A stretch of DNA of 64,000 nucleotides from Vicugna vicugna (Eukaryota). The notes beneath the pieces are model-generated. The model was not told the origin of the DNA, made no database searches, and worked only from the letters and a program-made list of their open reading frames with translations. This document shows positions 24,847-36,048 of the stretch, one piece after another (position 1 is the first letter of the stretch; the number at the start of each line of letters is the position of its first letter). The DNA lies in assembly GCA_013265495.1 (NCBI GenBank), contig MU058065.1, positions 1,834,364 through 1,898,363 of the forward strand, given 5' to 3'. The translations under genes were made by a program, and so were the position numbers.

Positions 24847-27800
24847 CAGCAGAAACAAACTGATTATTTTCAGCAAACATGGAACTGGGGGAAGGCATCT
24901 TAGGAGTCACAGAAACCAGGGGAGGTGGGAGAACCAGAGCTGGAGAACAAGCAGGAACCTGGGGACCTCCAGAAAGCGGAAGAGCAGGAATGACAGCACA
25001 AGTCACTCAGTAGGAAGAGCTAGGCCACTCACGGCCACTGCCCGCATGCTCACCGACTGTCCCTGTGACCTTTAGACACCTACTCAAGAGTTTCCAGGCA
25101 AAGGTCTGATGGCCTGAGTCCCTAGTGTACATCCCCAGGCTGAGCTGGGGAGTGGCTGCCATAATAGGAAGTGGACACAACCATCCACCAAGACCAGACC
25201 CAGTGAGTGAATCCTTTAAACTAAGAAATCAGGGTACTAATAGGAAGCACCCCCTCCTCAAAAGGACAAACTTGGCTATAATAATTAGTAAAATAATGTG
25301 AAACTGCCTTAACAATCCACGCATCTAAAGCAACTTTTCCCAAAAGCTGAAGGTCTATGCAGAGAGAGGTACTTCTCAACAAGGATTTCAGTAGCAGAGA
25401 AGAACCATAGTGAAAGGGCTCATAAATGAAAATTTACACGTTTTTTAACTGGGTTAGATATAAAGTTGCTGGTTTCATCTTAACAAGGTGTCCATGTTGT
25501 CCCTTTCTTAGAACCACTCATTCAATGGGTCTTCTGCTCAATAACCAGCCACTCAAAAACTAGAAGATTCAGATACCAAGAAGTTCAAATCAATTTAGTA
25601 CTAGGAACTAATTGATTATATCAATTTGGGGCTAGAAATCGGCCTCAACATTTTTTTTTAAATCTCTTAGTCTCTTAAAGGCTACTCCTCATCTCTACCA
25701 GCACACCTTTGCTTTGTTCAGATTCTGATTTTTACTGGTTGAAGATCTAAGAATAAAGAATACAATTTTATTGTGAACTAAAGACAAACAGCTTATTGCA
25801 GAAGTTTAAAGATAATACTATTATATTTGTTGACTGTTGTATTTATAATTCACACAATTACTAAATCTAGCATAAAATTTAGACTATTTAGTTTTATAGC
25901 TCTCTGCAACCATGCTTTATCTCATCTCCAAAATTAACTTACTTCTTAAAAACAGAGCTGATGAGCTATAAATTTTAACATACACTCTACTTGTCACGAA
26001 TGAAAGCAATACATACTGGTAACTGTCCCCTGGAGGTTTCTTGATACAGTTACTGTTATCAGTAAGAGGAAATTATTTTTATTCAAAATAAAATTACATG
26101 AATGCAATGCCTATAATTTTTGAGAAGATATATTCTGTTAAATTAGGTTAGTTGATTATATACACAGATATTTTTATTTTCAAAATATTAATTTACTGGA
26201 TAAATATGGAATAAACAGAATACTGTCCAGGGCAACTAGAAGGTTTCCAGAGCTGCTGTGAGATGATTTTGTTTAGTATGACAATGTCAAAAAAAAAAAA
26301 AAAACAAGATGGGTTTTTATGATATAATAGGCATTTAAGATTTTCTTTTATTCAAGATATAACTTGTCTCATATGCTCACAGGTCTTATAGGCTTCTCGT
26401 CTTGGTGCTATATATAAAAGAAAGTAGTAAGGACAAAGTAAAAAAGGTGGATGAAAAAGATCTACAGTTTTCATAAATGCAACTGTCTGTGGTTATGTTC
26501 TCAATCAGATACTCCTATGTAATCATGTAAAGTACATATGAATGCTATTACTCTAAATATGTACAAATTTAATGGCCTACAATACTTACCAGTTGCCTAA
26601 TAGAGACAAGAAAGAAAGTGGAAGATCTAGCCCTTTTTTTCAAGGAAGTTATAATATTTATAAATCTTCCCCATCCAATTTGAAAAACATGCATCCTTCC
26701 CTGACACAAAGCCACTGAACAGAACTTTCTAACTGAATTGGTAGATAACCAATACCTGCACAATCAAATCAGCAGGTATGATACAGTGATAAATGTGGCT
26801 TGGTAGCCTGGATACCTAGAAATTCACAGCCAAGAAGCTATTGCCTTTCACTGGCTTCCCACAGTCTGCACTGCCCATTTCTACACTGGGATGTAGAAAA
26901 GGGACGGGTCCACTCAGCCTCCTGGCTTCTCTGACTGCACGCGCTCCACACGAACAAATGGAAACGGGGCCACAGTTCTCCTGTGTCAGGACACGGTCAG
27001 CATAAGTAGGAATACCAACCAGCAGGCATGTAACATCTAGTGAGTTCCTATTCCAGCGCTGCTTTCTCTGTTAGATCAGGTGGCAGTTGGCAGAAAAATG
27101 AATATCCTGAAAGTTCATTTGCTATTTGCAAGTCAGGGAATACTACTAGAACAGAAGAATGGTCAACTGCTGCTTTAAAGAGTATTTCTTAGACATTTTG
27201 AGGATGCTGTTTTCCTAGGAAGGAAAATCTCTGATTTCTGGACTGAAGTGTATAAAAAGTTGTTGCCAAATCTGACTTGGGTCCATGGTTTCCAAATTTT
27301 GAGGGGGGGAAGAAGGACTATATATTCTGTGATGGCAGTTCTCATACGTCTTAGTCACATTAGTGCCTGACATAGAGAAGCCATTAAAGAAATATTTCTT
27401 AAATAAGTGAATTAAATAAATGAACCAATAAATGGGCAATAGATTTTTGTATGACAGTGGCAGACAAATTCATTTTGAAGAGCTTTTCTGAGTCTTTGTG
27501 GTTAAAAGCCTAACTGAAGACGGTTGACAGTGATTCTTTTAAATGCAGCTAAATTTTGCTTAAGCAAAACCAAAATATGAAAATCTGGGTTCACAAAACA
27601 AACAAAGGGTGATTATATGCTTCACAATTACATGGAAATATGCCTTAATGCAGGGCGTTCTTAAATGCTGGCCCACGGTGTTTCCTCAGGTTCACACTGA
27701 AATGAGAAAAATCACTTCAATGTATTGTTTTTCAGAAGGCTAAATTAACCAATTTAAAGAACTGTCCTTTATACACAAATTGACCTTCCTCCATTTCTGT

Positions 27801-28006
27801 ACTTAAAATGTTTTTAAAAAATAAGATAATGAAGCTAGTCTATACTTTTACTTAGCTATTCCTTTTTAATGCTCTTACTTGCCAAAATAAAGTTGCCAAC
27901 TCTACAAGATGGTTCCTTAGCTTTTTGAAAACTTTATTGGTTTGTGAATCCAAGTGTTGGAGATAAGCCTAATTTTAAAATAAGATTCATTTTATAAAAG
28001 TATACT

Positions 28007-28100
28007 GGGGGGGTTATAGCTCAGTGGTAGAGTACATGCTCAGCATTCAAGAGGTCCTGGGTTCAATCCCCAGTACTTCCAATAAAAAAAATTTTTTTTT
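28007..28100 (+). mobile_element. tRNA-Ala-derived SINE (camelid Vic-1-like), short form
   Basis: gggggggttatagctcagtggtagagtacatgctcagcattcaagaggtcctgggttcaatccccagtacttcca plus an A tail. TSD taaaagtatac / taaaagcattc. The anticodon stem is broken, so this is not a tRNA gene. Confidence 0.85.
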
Positions 28101-28179
28101 TAAAAGCATTCAGCATTTTTAAAGAAACTTACATATTGAATAAAGGAAGTCAGTGTAACCTGGGCCTTAATTACCCATG

Positions 28180-28410
28180 GTAATAACAGCCAACAGATTT
28201 TGAGTGGCTACTCTGTGTTAAGTACTGTTCTCAGGGCTTTTAAAAATGTATTAATCACCTAAATTTCATTGTAGCCCAAGGAGGAAGTATTATTTTTATC
28301 CCCATTTTACAGATGAGAAACTCTAGACAAGAACAGTCCAGTCCTTGTCCCCAAAGACACAAAATACAGCCAGGAAAGCAGTAGAGCTGGCCCTGGAACA
28401 TATAGTCTTA
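28180..28410 (-). mobile_element. MIR SINE
   Basis: aataacagccaaca...ttgagtggctactctgtg...atccccattttacagatgagaaact. Confidence 0.8.
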
Positions 28411-29919
28411 CATTGCAAAGAAACTGGGCCATATGACACTATAACCAATACAAAAACATTGGTTGTTAATATAATCTAATGATTATGGAAATGGAGGTTC
28501 AATCAGCATACAGATTATAAACTTCTATCCAAGATTCACAGTATCTCATATTTAAATCAGAGCCCCTCCCAATCTCACCTTACCAACACAATTCTTGATG
28601 ACCTATTTTTAGCTTTTGTATTTACACAGCTACTGCTTTGAGCAAAATCCTTGTTTCTTAAGCTCTGTTTTGATTATAAAAAAAGTAAAATAAGAAAATA
28701 AAACAAGAAAATATGACGTTTCCAGTGGGATATTTCAACAAAGTAAGGGGTGAAAGCACAACACTCATAAATCTGGTTATCAGGATTAAGTTCATCCAGG
28801 GCAAATTCAACCTTATAGTGAACAAATCAAAAGGTATATTTCAGTTTACTTATTTTTTTTAAAAGTATTAAAAACCCCCAGCTTCTGAACGCTTCAAAAG
28901 TATTAAACCCCATCTTGTTTTCAAAGAGGTATTAAAAATAAATTTTAAAAGTATTAAAACCCCAGCTTCCAAATGTAGATACCCATCCCAACAGTAGGTT
29001 CTTATTTAAAATGAGATCACAAACTTTAGTGGGAACTCACATATACCCCTGTAGAGTCAGAAATCCAATATAACATCAATTAGCAAAGAGGTAAATTAGG
29101 AAGTAAAATTCATAATAAATGAAAAGCAAAACTGGTGAATCAAACTAGACTTTTGGACCACAATGTCAAAAAAAATTTTCCCCCAAACTTAGAGCAAACT
29201 GGAATCAAAGTCAAAAGGTTTCAAAACCTGTCATTTTTTTTAATGTTAAAAATAAGTTGGCAGGTTAAAGATAGGTTTTTATCATTCTATCTTCTATTCA
29301 ATACCATTTACCAGAAATATTGCACTGCATTAAGGGAGTTGTCATTTTATTTCAACGGCAACGAAAAAGAGATTTTAACTCTAAAAGTCCTGGCTCCCTC
29401 AGGAAATATCACTGAATCAAGAGCTTCCTTTAGTTTAAGGAAATTTTGTGGATAACACTTCCACCCCTTAATCCCGACAGCTGGAGTGTGCAGATACAAG
29501 CCGAATACCTCGGGCATACAGGACCCTAATCTCTGACACTGCAGGTAACTCCTGCACAAACTATTCTTTCAACTTTCTGGCTTCTGTTCAAGGACCCACC
29601 CCTAGTCCACATGCCCTAGAAAAACACAGGAACCAGTTCTAGGACGTGGTTATCCACCTAGCAGCCCACGCTCCTCCATCAAGACTATCCGGCTACCTCC
29701 CTAGCCCAGCCCCGCCCCGCTCAGCCCCGCCGGACCCAGCCTACTACAGTCCCGCTCCGGCTCTCGGAACTTCCCCCGCCCCCTCCGTCCACGTGAACAG
29801 GACCCCCCCACCCGCTCCGCGCTCCACCAATCAGCAGCCACCTCCGCCCAGGATCCGGTCACCAACACTCCCCTTTCAAAAAGTCAGCTTACTCCTCCCG
29901 CCCTCAGTCCCGCCCCTTT

Positions 29920-29943
29920 NNNNNNNNNNNNNNNNNNNNNNNN
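29920..29943. other. Assembly gap (24 N)
   Basis: Run of N in the sequence. Confidence 1.
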
Positions 29944-29971
29944 GAGGAGGACGTTCGGCCTGCGCAGTGAG

Positions 29972-30019
29972 ATGTTTGTCCGTCGCCGCCGCCGCCGCCA
30001 TCGCGGAGGAGCGCGATAA
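29972..30019 (+). promoter_or_regulatory. Candidate upstream ORF in the CUL3 5' UTR (MFVRRRRRRHRGGAR*)
   Basis: gagATG TTT GTC CGT (CGC)5 CAT CGC GGA GGA GCG CGA TAA. Lies in the mRNA only if the TSS is upstream of 29972. Confidence 0.55.
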
Positions 30020-30222
30020 AGGGAGCCGAGCCGGGCGTGAGGGGCACCCCGCGGAGCCGCCGCGCCAGCGCAGCCCCCCAGCCGAGCCCGAGCCGCCGGA
30101 GCCCGAGCCGCCGCCGCCCCCGCCGCGGCCGCCCAGGGGCCGGCCAGCTCCCCAGCCCAGCCCGGGGGCAGCGCCGCCGCCGCCTCCCCCAGCGTCGCCC
30201 CTTGCCTGCCCGCCCGCCTTAA

Positions 30223-30228
30223 ATGTGA
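30223..30228 (+). promoter_or_regulatory. Start-stop element (ATG TGA) in the CUL3 5' UTR
   Basis: ccttaaATGTGAcacc, 60 nt upstream of and in frame with the CUL3 ATG. Confidence 0.55.
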
Positions 30229-30282
30229 CACCGGCGCCTCGGAGTGCGACCCGAAGCCGCCGCCGGGGAGGGGACGAGCACC

Positions 30283-30348
30283 ATGTCGAATCTGAGCAAA
30301 GGCACGGGCAGCCGGAAGGACACCAAGATGCGGATCCGGGCCTTTCCG
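30283..30348 (+). CDS. CUL3: Cullin-3 coding exon 1 (aa 1-22)
   Basis: gcaccATGt start; translates MSNLSKGTGSRKDTKMRIRAFP, the mammalian CUL3 N-terminus. Donor CCG|gtgagt at 30349, phase 0. Confidence 0.98.
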
Positions 30349-33300
30349 GTGAGTCTCTTCTCGGCGCCTGGGGCCCCGGGGCCGGGGGCCCGGCCGAGAG
30401 CCGCACGCGAGGCCCGGGCTGAACTCCCCCAACAGGCCGCAGGCCCGGCCTCCCCTCCCCCACGCCGCCGGCCCCCGGGCGCGAGCCTTCCCGGCAACCG
30501 GGAGGCGCGGGGCTCCGGTGCGGCCGCCCTCCCGGGCCGTTCCCCGCGCCCGGCGCCGCGCCCCCGCCCCGGAGCTGCGTCTCGGGTCGCCCCGCTGGCG
30601 TCGGCCGCAGCCGGGGCCCCTTCGCCCGTCCCAGCACCTCCCCACGTTCCTGGGGGTGTAGGCCCAGTCCCAGCTCTCCTCTCCGCGCTCGGTTCCCTGG
30701 ACTCCCAGCCCTGCAGGGATGGGGACTGTCGAAGTCCTCCTCGTGCGGGGCGTGTGTGTAACTTTTCACGTGGGGCTTCGCTGCGGTTGAAAAAATAACC
30801 CAGCCTAGAAGATGGCCAGCCAAACGTTTAGGATGATGAAGGGGACTGTCCTCTCCCTCTCTCCCTCCTTAGGAAGGGCTGTGCCCTCATCTTTCCCCCG
30901 ACGCAGTGACAGTGGTTCCACGTAATGCTCTGTAGTAATACACTAATAACATCGAGTGTGTTTATATCATCCACAAGCTTCCGAAGCACTTTACAAACTC
31001 TTGTGCAGAAATTGCCTTGCCACTCAAGAAGAAGCAAGCGAAAACAAACTAGACGATGGAGTCTCCATTTCTTAGCCCTGGAAGTCCAAAAGAATGAGTA
31101 GTCGCCACCCTGAGTTGCTTTACTCTAGGCTTTAGTGACAGCAAACGTATTCTGCTTAGAAACTTTCTTTTTTAGCATTTCATTGAGTTATACGCTTGCA
31201 GTGTTTAGTATATAGGATATAACTTTGGATGTCATATCTGATTTAGGTAGCCAATGGCAAGCAATTAAAATGCACTGTTGGTAGAGAAACTGGACATACT
31301 TGCTCATGTCGCTACAGTAACAGGTACACGTCAAGACAGACAAACTAGCAATTGGACGGAAGATTTTAAAACGGTAAAACTAGAGAAAGATCTTGGGTTT
31401 CCTTTCTTAGAATCATGAACACTATATCCTGTGAAGGGGAAGAGAGGGTTTGTACTCAGTTTTTAAAGCGTGCTCTTTCTAAAGTGTAGTTTGCAGAGAG
31501 GGAGCATTAACAGTTGTCCTAGTTTGAGTAAGAAACAGACTCGGAGAACTTGAGGACCTCCCTGAATTCTTCAAATTTAAAAGAAAAAAATACATCTGAT
31601 GCAGAATTCTGGACTTGTAATAACAAATATTAATATCAGTGTGTAGCGACTTCCTGCTTAATGTACATAAAGGTAGGATATACTCAGGAGAATGAAATGT
31701 TTTGATGTTAATTAAAGGAGTTTTGAATTTTTTGAAGTTTTTCCCTAAGTGAATGTGAGGAACTACAAAGAAAGTAAGATATGTTGACAGAAGAGCACTA
31801 ATGAAGTTCACTAGCAACTTTTCCCTCATAATGAAACAATGAACTGGGTTTATGAATTTGTGAGTAATGTTAGTTTTCCTACTAAGTCAGTTCTGGACAT
31901 TTTTAGTAGAATCTATAATTATTTAGAATTTTAAATAGTTTTATACTACAAGATTTTTAGGAAAATTTGCTATTCTTGAAGTCTGACTTTTTCTAATTCA
32001 CATTATTACTAAGATGTGGAATAGGTCACATTTGACACCAACTCACTTACGTTAATACTCTGATTAACCAGCAGTATCTTTATCTATGTGTAATCAACTC
32101 TTTGAGCTTGTGATTTGCCTGTTCCTACCTGTCCTCTCATTCCTTCATTCATTCAACAAATACTGAGGACTCTGTGCCAGGCACCGTTCTGGGGGCTTGG
32201 GATATGTCAGTATAACTTGAAAGACCAAGATCCCTCCTTGCTAGATCTGTATTGTTGGGAGGAAGTGGTGGGGGAGAATTTCATTATTCCCTTAGCCGAA
32301 GATACTATTATGTGACAGGTTACCACACAGTACTGATTTTTTTTTTAAGGAGCATTATGGTCATGAGCTAATTTGAACCCTTTTGGTCTACAACTTGTTG
32401 CCCTCAAAGTTTTTCTAAAATCCTTTAATAAAGTTTGTAAGTGTCTAACATTTGATAGTCATCAGTGATTAATATCTGCTAATTTTTGAAACCATAAGTT
32501 TTTTTAATTTGGTAAATATTGACATCACTGATAAGTAGTTTCCACTGAAAAAAAACATTGTATTTTTTAATATGTAAATCTTAAAGTCATAGTTCCTTGA
32601 GCCCTCATTAAGGATACATACATACATACCTCAGTGGGGTGACCTTTCACTAATATATTTGGTAAATGTTTGGGTACTTATAGACCTTCAGAATTTTTCT
32701 TTTCTTCCCGGTTAGCGGTCTTATACATAACTATATTCTGCATGGATTGCTAGTCAGAAGTAGTAAATGCATATTATTTCATAAAGAAAATATTGTTTAT
32801 GTGTATTCGTATGTACATACGTACAACTATTGTATTTTACATTACCATCTGAGATAATGTAGTTACTTTAAGGGAAATTGTAGTTTAACCGAAGGTCTCA
32901 GTTGTTTGTTTCAGAGTGTTTTATAAAATTGATGTGTAAAAAGTATAAAAATATATTTTGAAATTGTTTTATTTTCCTTGAAAAATAGTAAGTAAAGGTA
33001 CAGGGTATTTTATACATGTGTAAGCCTACTCCAGGTGTAGTCCCATCAGTAAAATCAGGTTCTTTTTAGTGCGTATATTAAGTTTGCCTTCCTCACTGAT
33101 CACAAGAGTAAAAGTTATCCCATACCACAATTTTTAGCGAAACTTGAATTTTAAGTAGATCTTTTTGTAAGATTTTAAGAGAAATTCGATCTTTTTGAAA
33201 TGAAAAAGTGAGGAACTTTCTGTATGTACAGATGGTGATGAAGGACATGTTTATTTCAGTTTATAGTGTTCCTGCAGTGGACAAAATATATGTCATTTCA

Positions 33301-35374
33301 CATCTTTTTGGTTTTTTTGGTACCCAGAGTAACAGCAAGGGCCACAGAACTTTTTCAAGGAAGGAAGCTGTAGTTGTGAAACTGGAAACTATACGGATTT
33401 GGACCAGAGAATGCTGCTCCAAGGAGTTCCTGCTCTTCTTTCCTTGCTGTTGCCATGTGTGTCACTCCTGAGCTTTTGTTCCACTATGTGGGGTTAGTTG
33501 CTGTCAGGTGAACCTTTTGTCCTTATCTTTGAGAAGCCATTCCTCACCATCGTACTGTCCAGTGTTTGTCCACATGAGCTTGAAAAGCTTGATTGGATTG
33601 AAGAGGATATGTTTGAATGGAAATACTGGCCTCTCTGATTCGCCTTCCTTGCTTAGCCTTCACAGTTTAGGAGGCATATTATGAAAGTGAATGTCTTTAG
33701 ACTGTGATCTAGAAATGTCTTCAGTTAATTGGTTTATAGAAGCTGCTAAATCAACGAATCTCTCGTTGTGATGTCCACGCCATAATTCTGAATACGCTTC
33801 ACGGAGCACCACCTGTGTGGCGTGGACAGCTAATGATGTAGACGTTGCTGTTACATGGGACCAATAAAGTGACTGACCGTATTAGAAAGTTTTAAGATTA
33901 TTTGGGATGTAAATACTTAAGACCACAAGAATTTACCAACAAATGGGGATAGTTAATGTTTTTATTCTTCCTAGCTACAGTGATATTTGCTAGATTTAGG
34001 GGAGCAGCTTTGATCTTCAGAGTAGGTTTCTCTTCCTTAGGGAAAGTAATTGTTGCCTAAAACTACCTGGGCTATACCTCCAGGAAGGCTGAATAATAGT
34101 CTCGGAAATCGCACAGAGTTGGGTATTAACTATAAGTGTGTTTTTCATTCTGTAGTATTTTCTTGTAGGGATAAGGAGTCAGATGTAACATTCATTACAG
34201 TGTCGCTTTTACTTAGACTGATTTTTTTTTACCCTGTTTAATGGTCTAGGACAGGCAGCAGTGTTGTAGCTGTTAGTACCTCTCTGGCTTTAGAAGTTTA
34301 AAATAAAAGGATAAAGCAGTTGTCTATAAAGTGTCTTTTTTTTTTGGTCTTAGCTCCCTAGGAAGTAGTTCAGAGGAGCCAAGAAAATTATTAGTACCGA
34401 AGTTACTGAATTTGCAACAGTTCTGGTAGTATAGAATAAAATATGAGAATTTGACCTTTTAAATAATACTGTAGTCATAAGGGCAGTTCATTCAAACAAA
34501 ATAAAATTTCCCTTGTTTGTACATCATTCATTCACTATGGCTAATAATATCATTTCTCTATTTCAGCGAGATTGTATAATTAAGACTAGAAAAAGTAGTA
34601 TGTCTTCCCTGTGTTATAAATTGGGAGATCTTAGAATTTTTTGCTGATATTTTTATTCAAAATTATCTGGGTGTTCTTTAACAGTTTTGTTATATTTTTA
34701 TAAAAATTACCGGACAGTTTGTAGTTTTAAGTAATGCAACTTTGGAAATGATTCTCGTTTGTCCATTGTTAAGTCAGCATGAAGTAAAGGTGCTACTATC
34801 ACTTAGATAAAATATGAATTACAGTTAGTGTCTATCAGTGTATTGTGAAAACTATTTAGCTGTAGTCTGCCAAAGCTATGAATTCATTTTAGTAGCTTTT
34901 CTAATTATAAAAGTTATGTGTATTCATGATAGAAAACTTAATAAATATCTAAACTTATAAATAGGGAAATAAAAGTCACCCATAACCCTTCATCTTTTGG
35001 AAAAAAGCAATATTAACATTTTGATATGTTTCCTTTTACTCTTTCATACGTGGGTGAGCACACAGTAAAATTGAGGTGTGATCTTTTTATATGCTCCCTT
35101 TTAAAAAATATAGTATCTTACTATACATGTATTTCCATGTTAAATATATTGGAAACATGATTTTTAATTTCTACATAACTCATTTTCTTTACCCATTTCC
35201 CTACTGCCAGTATTTTGATTGATTCCAGTGAATCCATATTTTCTCTGTTACAGATAATGCCACTGTGACTATTTAGGCACTTAAATACTTGAGCCCATCC
35301 ATGATTATGGAATTACTGAGCTAGACATAATTGATATATATTAACAAATTGACCTCCAGAAAGATGGGACTAAT

Positions 35375-35600
35375 AGTAGTACTACCTATTGAATGATTAT
35401 CATGTGCCACATGCTGTTCTCTGTGCTTTGCATGTGTAAACTCATTTAACTTGCACAACTCTGTAGAATACTACTGTTATCTGTTTTACAAAAGAGGCCT
35501 TGAGAGGTTAAGTAGTTTGCTTAAGGTCGTTTTGCTTGTAAGTGGCAGAACTAGGATTGTTTCTAACCCAGGCAGCCTGGCTCTAAAGTGAATGCTTTAA
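35375..35600 (-). mobile_element. MIR SINE
   Basis: tgtgccacatgctgttct...aactcatttaac...gagaggttaagtagtttgcttaaggtc...taagtggcagaactaggatt. Confidence 0.75.
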
Positions 35601-35832
35601 GAATTAATTACACCTCTCAAGGTTGTATCACTTTTAACTTCTACTGTGTAGCAGGTCTTAGCGAACATATTATGTCTTTAATTTCATAGGTGAAAAAATA
35701 ATGCTTTAATTTGTATTTCTTTGCCTACTTGTAAGAATAAAGCCATAGATAGTCCATAGAGAATTTTCATTTAGTTTTTCATCAAAAGTATTCAACATAT
35801 GTTTTAGAAGTATGACTAAAAGGTAAAGACTG

Positions 35833-36048
35833 AGAGCGTAATAGTTAAGCATGTGGACTTTGGACTGCCAGCGTTTGACAGCTCCACCTCTTTCTAGTTG
35901 TGTTATCTGTAACAAGTTACTTAACCTCATCTAGCCTCAGTTTCCTCTTCTGTAAAATGAGAGTATTATAGGACCTACCTTACAGGGTTCTTGTGAGATA
36001 AAGAAAATAAAGCATTAAAAGAGCACCTAGCACACGGTTAACTATTGG
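35833..36048 (+). mobile_element. MIR SINE, near full length
   Basis: agcgtaatagttaagcatgtggactttgga...caagttacttaacctc...gcctcagtttcctcttctgtaaaatgag...acctaccttacagggtt. Confidence 0.85.

Larger units (their letters stand above)
29660..30790 (+). promoter_or_regulatory. CUL3: CpG island / TATA-less promoter and 5' region of CUL3
   Basis: Very GC- and CpG-rich against an AT-rich background. Several GC boxes (ccccgcccc ~29710, ~29774, ~29909), E-box CACGTG 29790-29795, CCAAT box (accaatcag) 29827-29831 and a second CACGTG at 30767-30772. Surrounds coding exon 1. Confidence 0.92.

Noticed and set aside
28007..28081. Apparent tRNA-Ala gene
   Set aside because: The anticodon stem and loop are mutated, there is an A tail with a TSD, and related copies occur elsewhere in the window. 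It is a SINE.
12798..28970. Short direct repeats (12798, 16124, 28861) as CRISPR-like arrays
   Set aside because: Eukaryotic context, no regular unique spacers and no cas genes; these are local tandem duplications.
29646..30823. Long overlapping ORFs on both strands across the CpG island (258, 315, 253 and 184 aa)
   Set aside because: These are low-complexity Pro/Gly/Arg/Ala translations expected in stop-poor GC-rich DNA, and three span the N gap. Only 30283-30348 matches a real protein; the rest of the 184-aa ORF is intron read-through.
35375..36048. Inverted MIR pair in intron 1 as a dsRNA/editing substrate
   Set aside because: The copies look too diverged from each other for a long stable duplex, and MIR density makes such pairs common.
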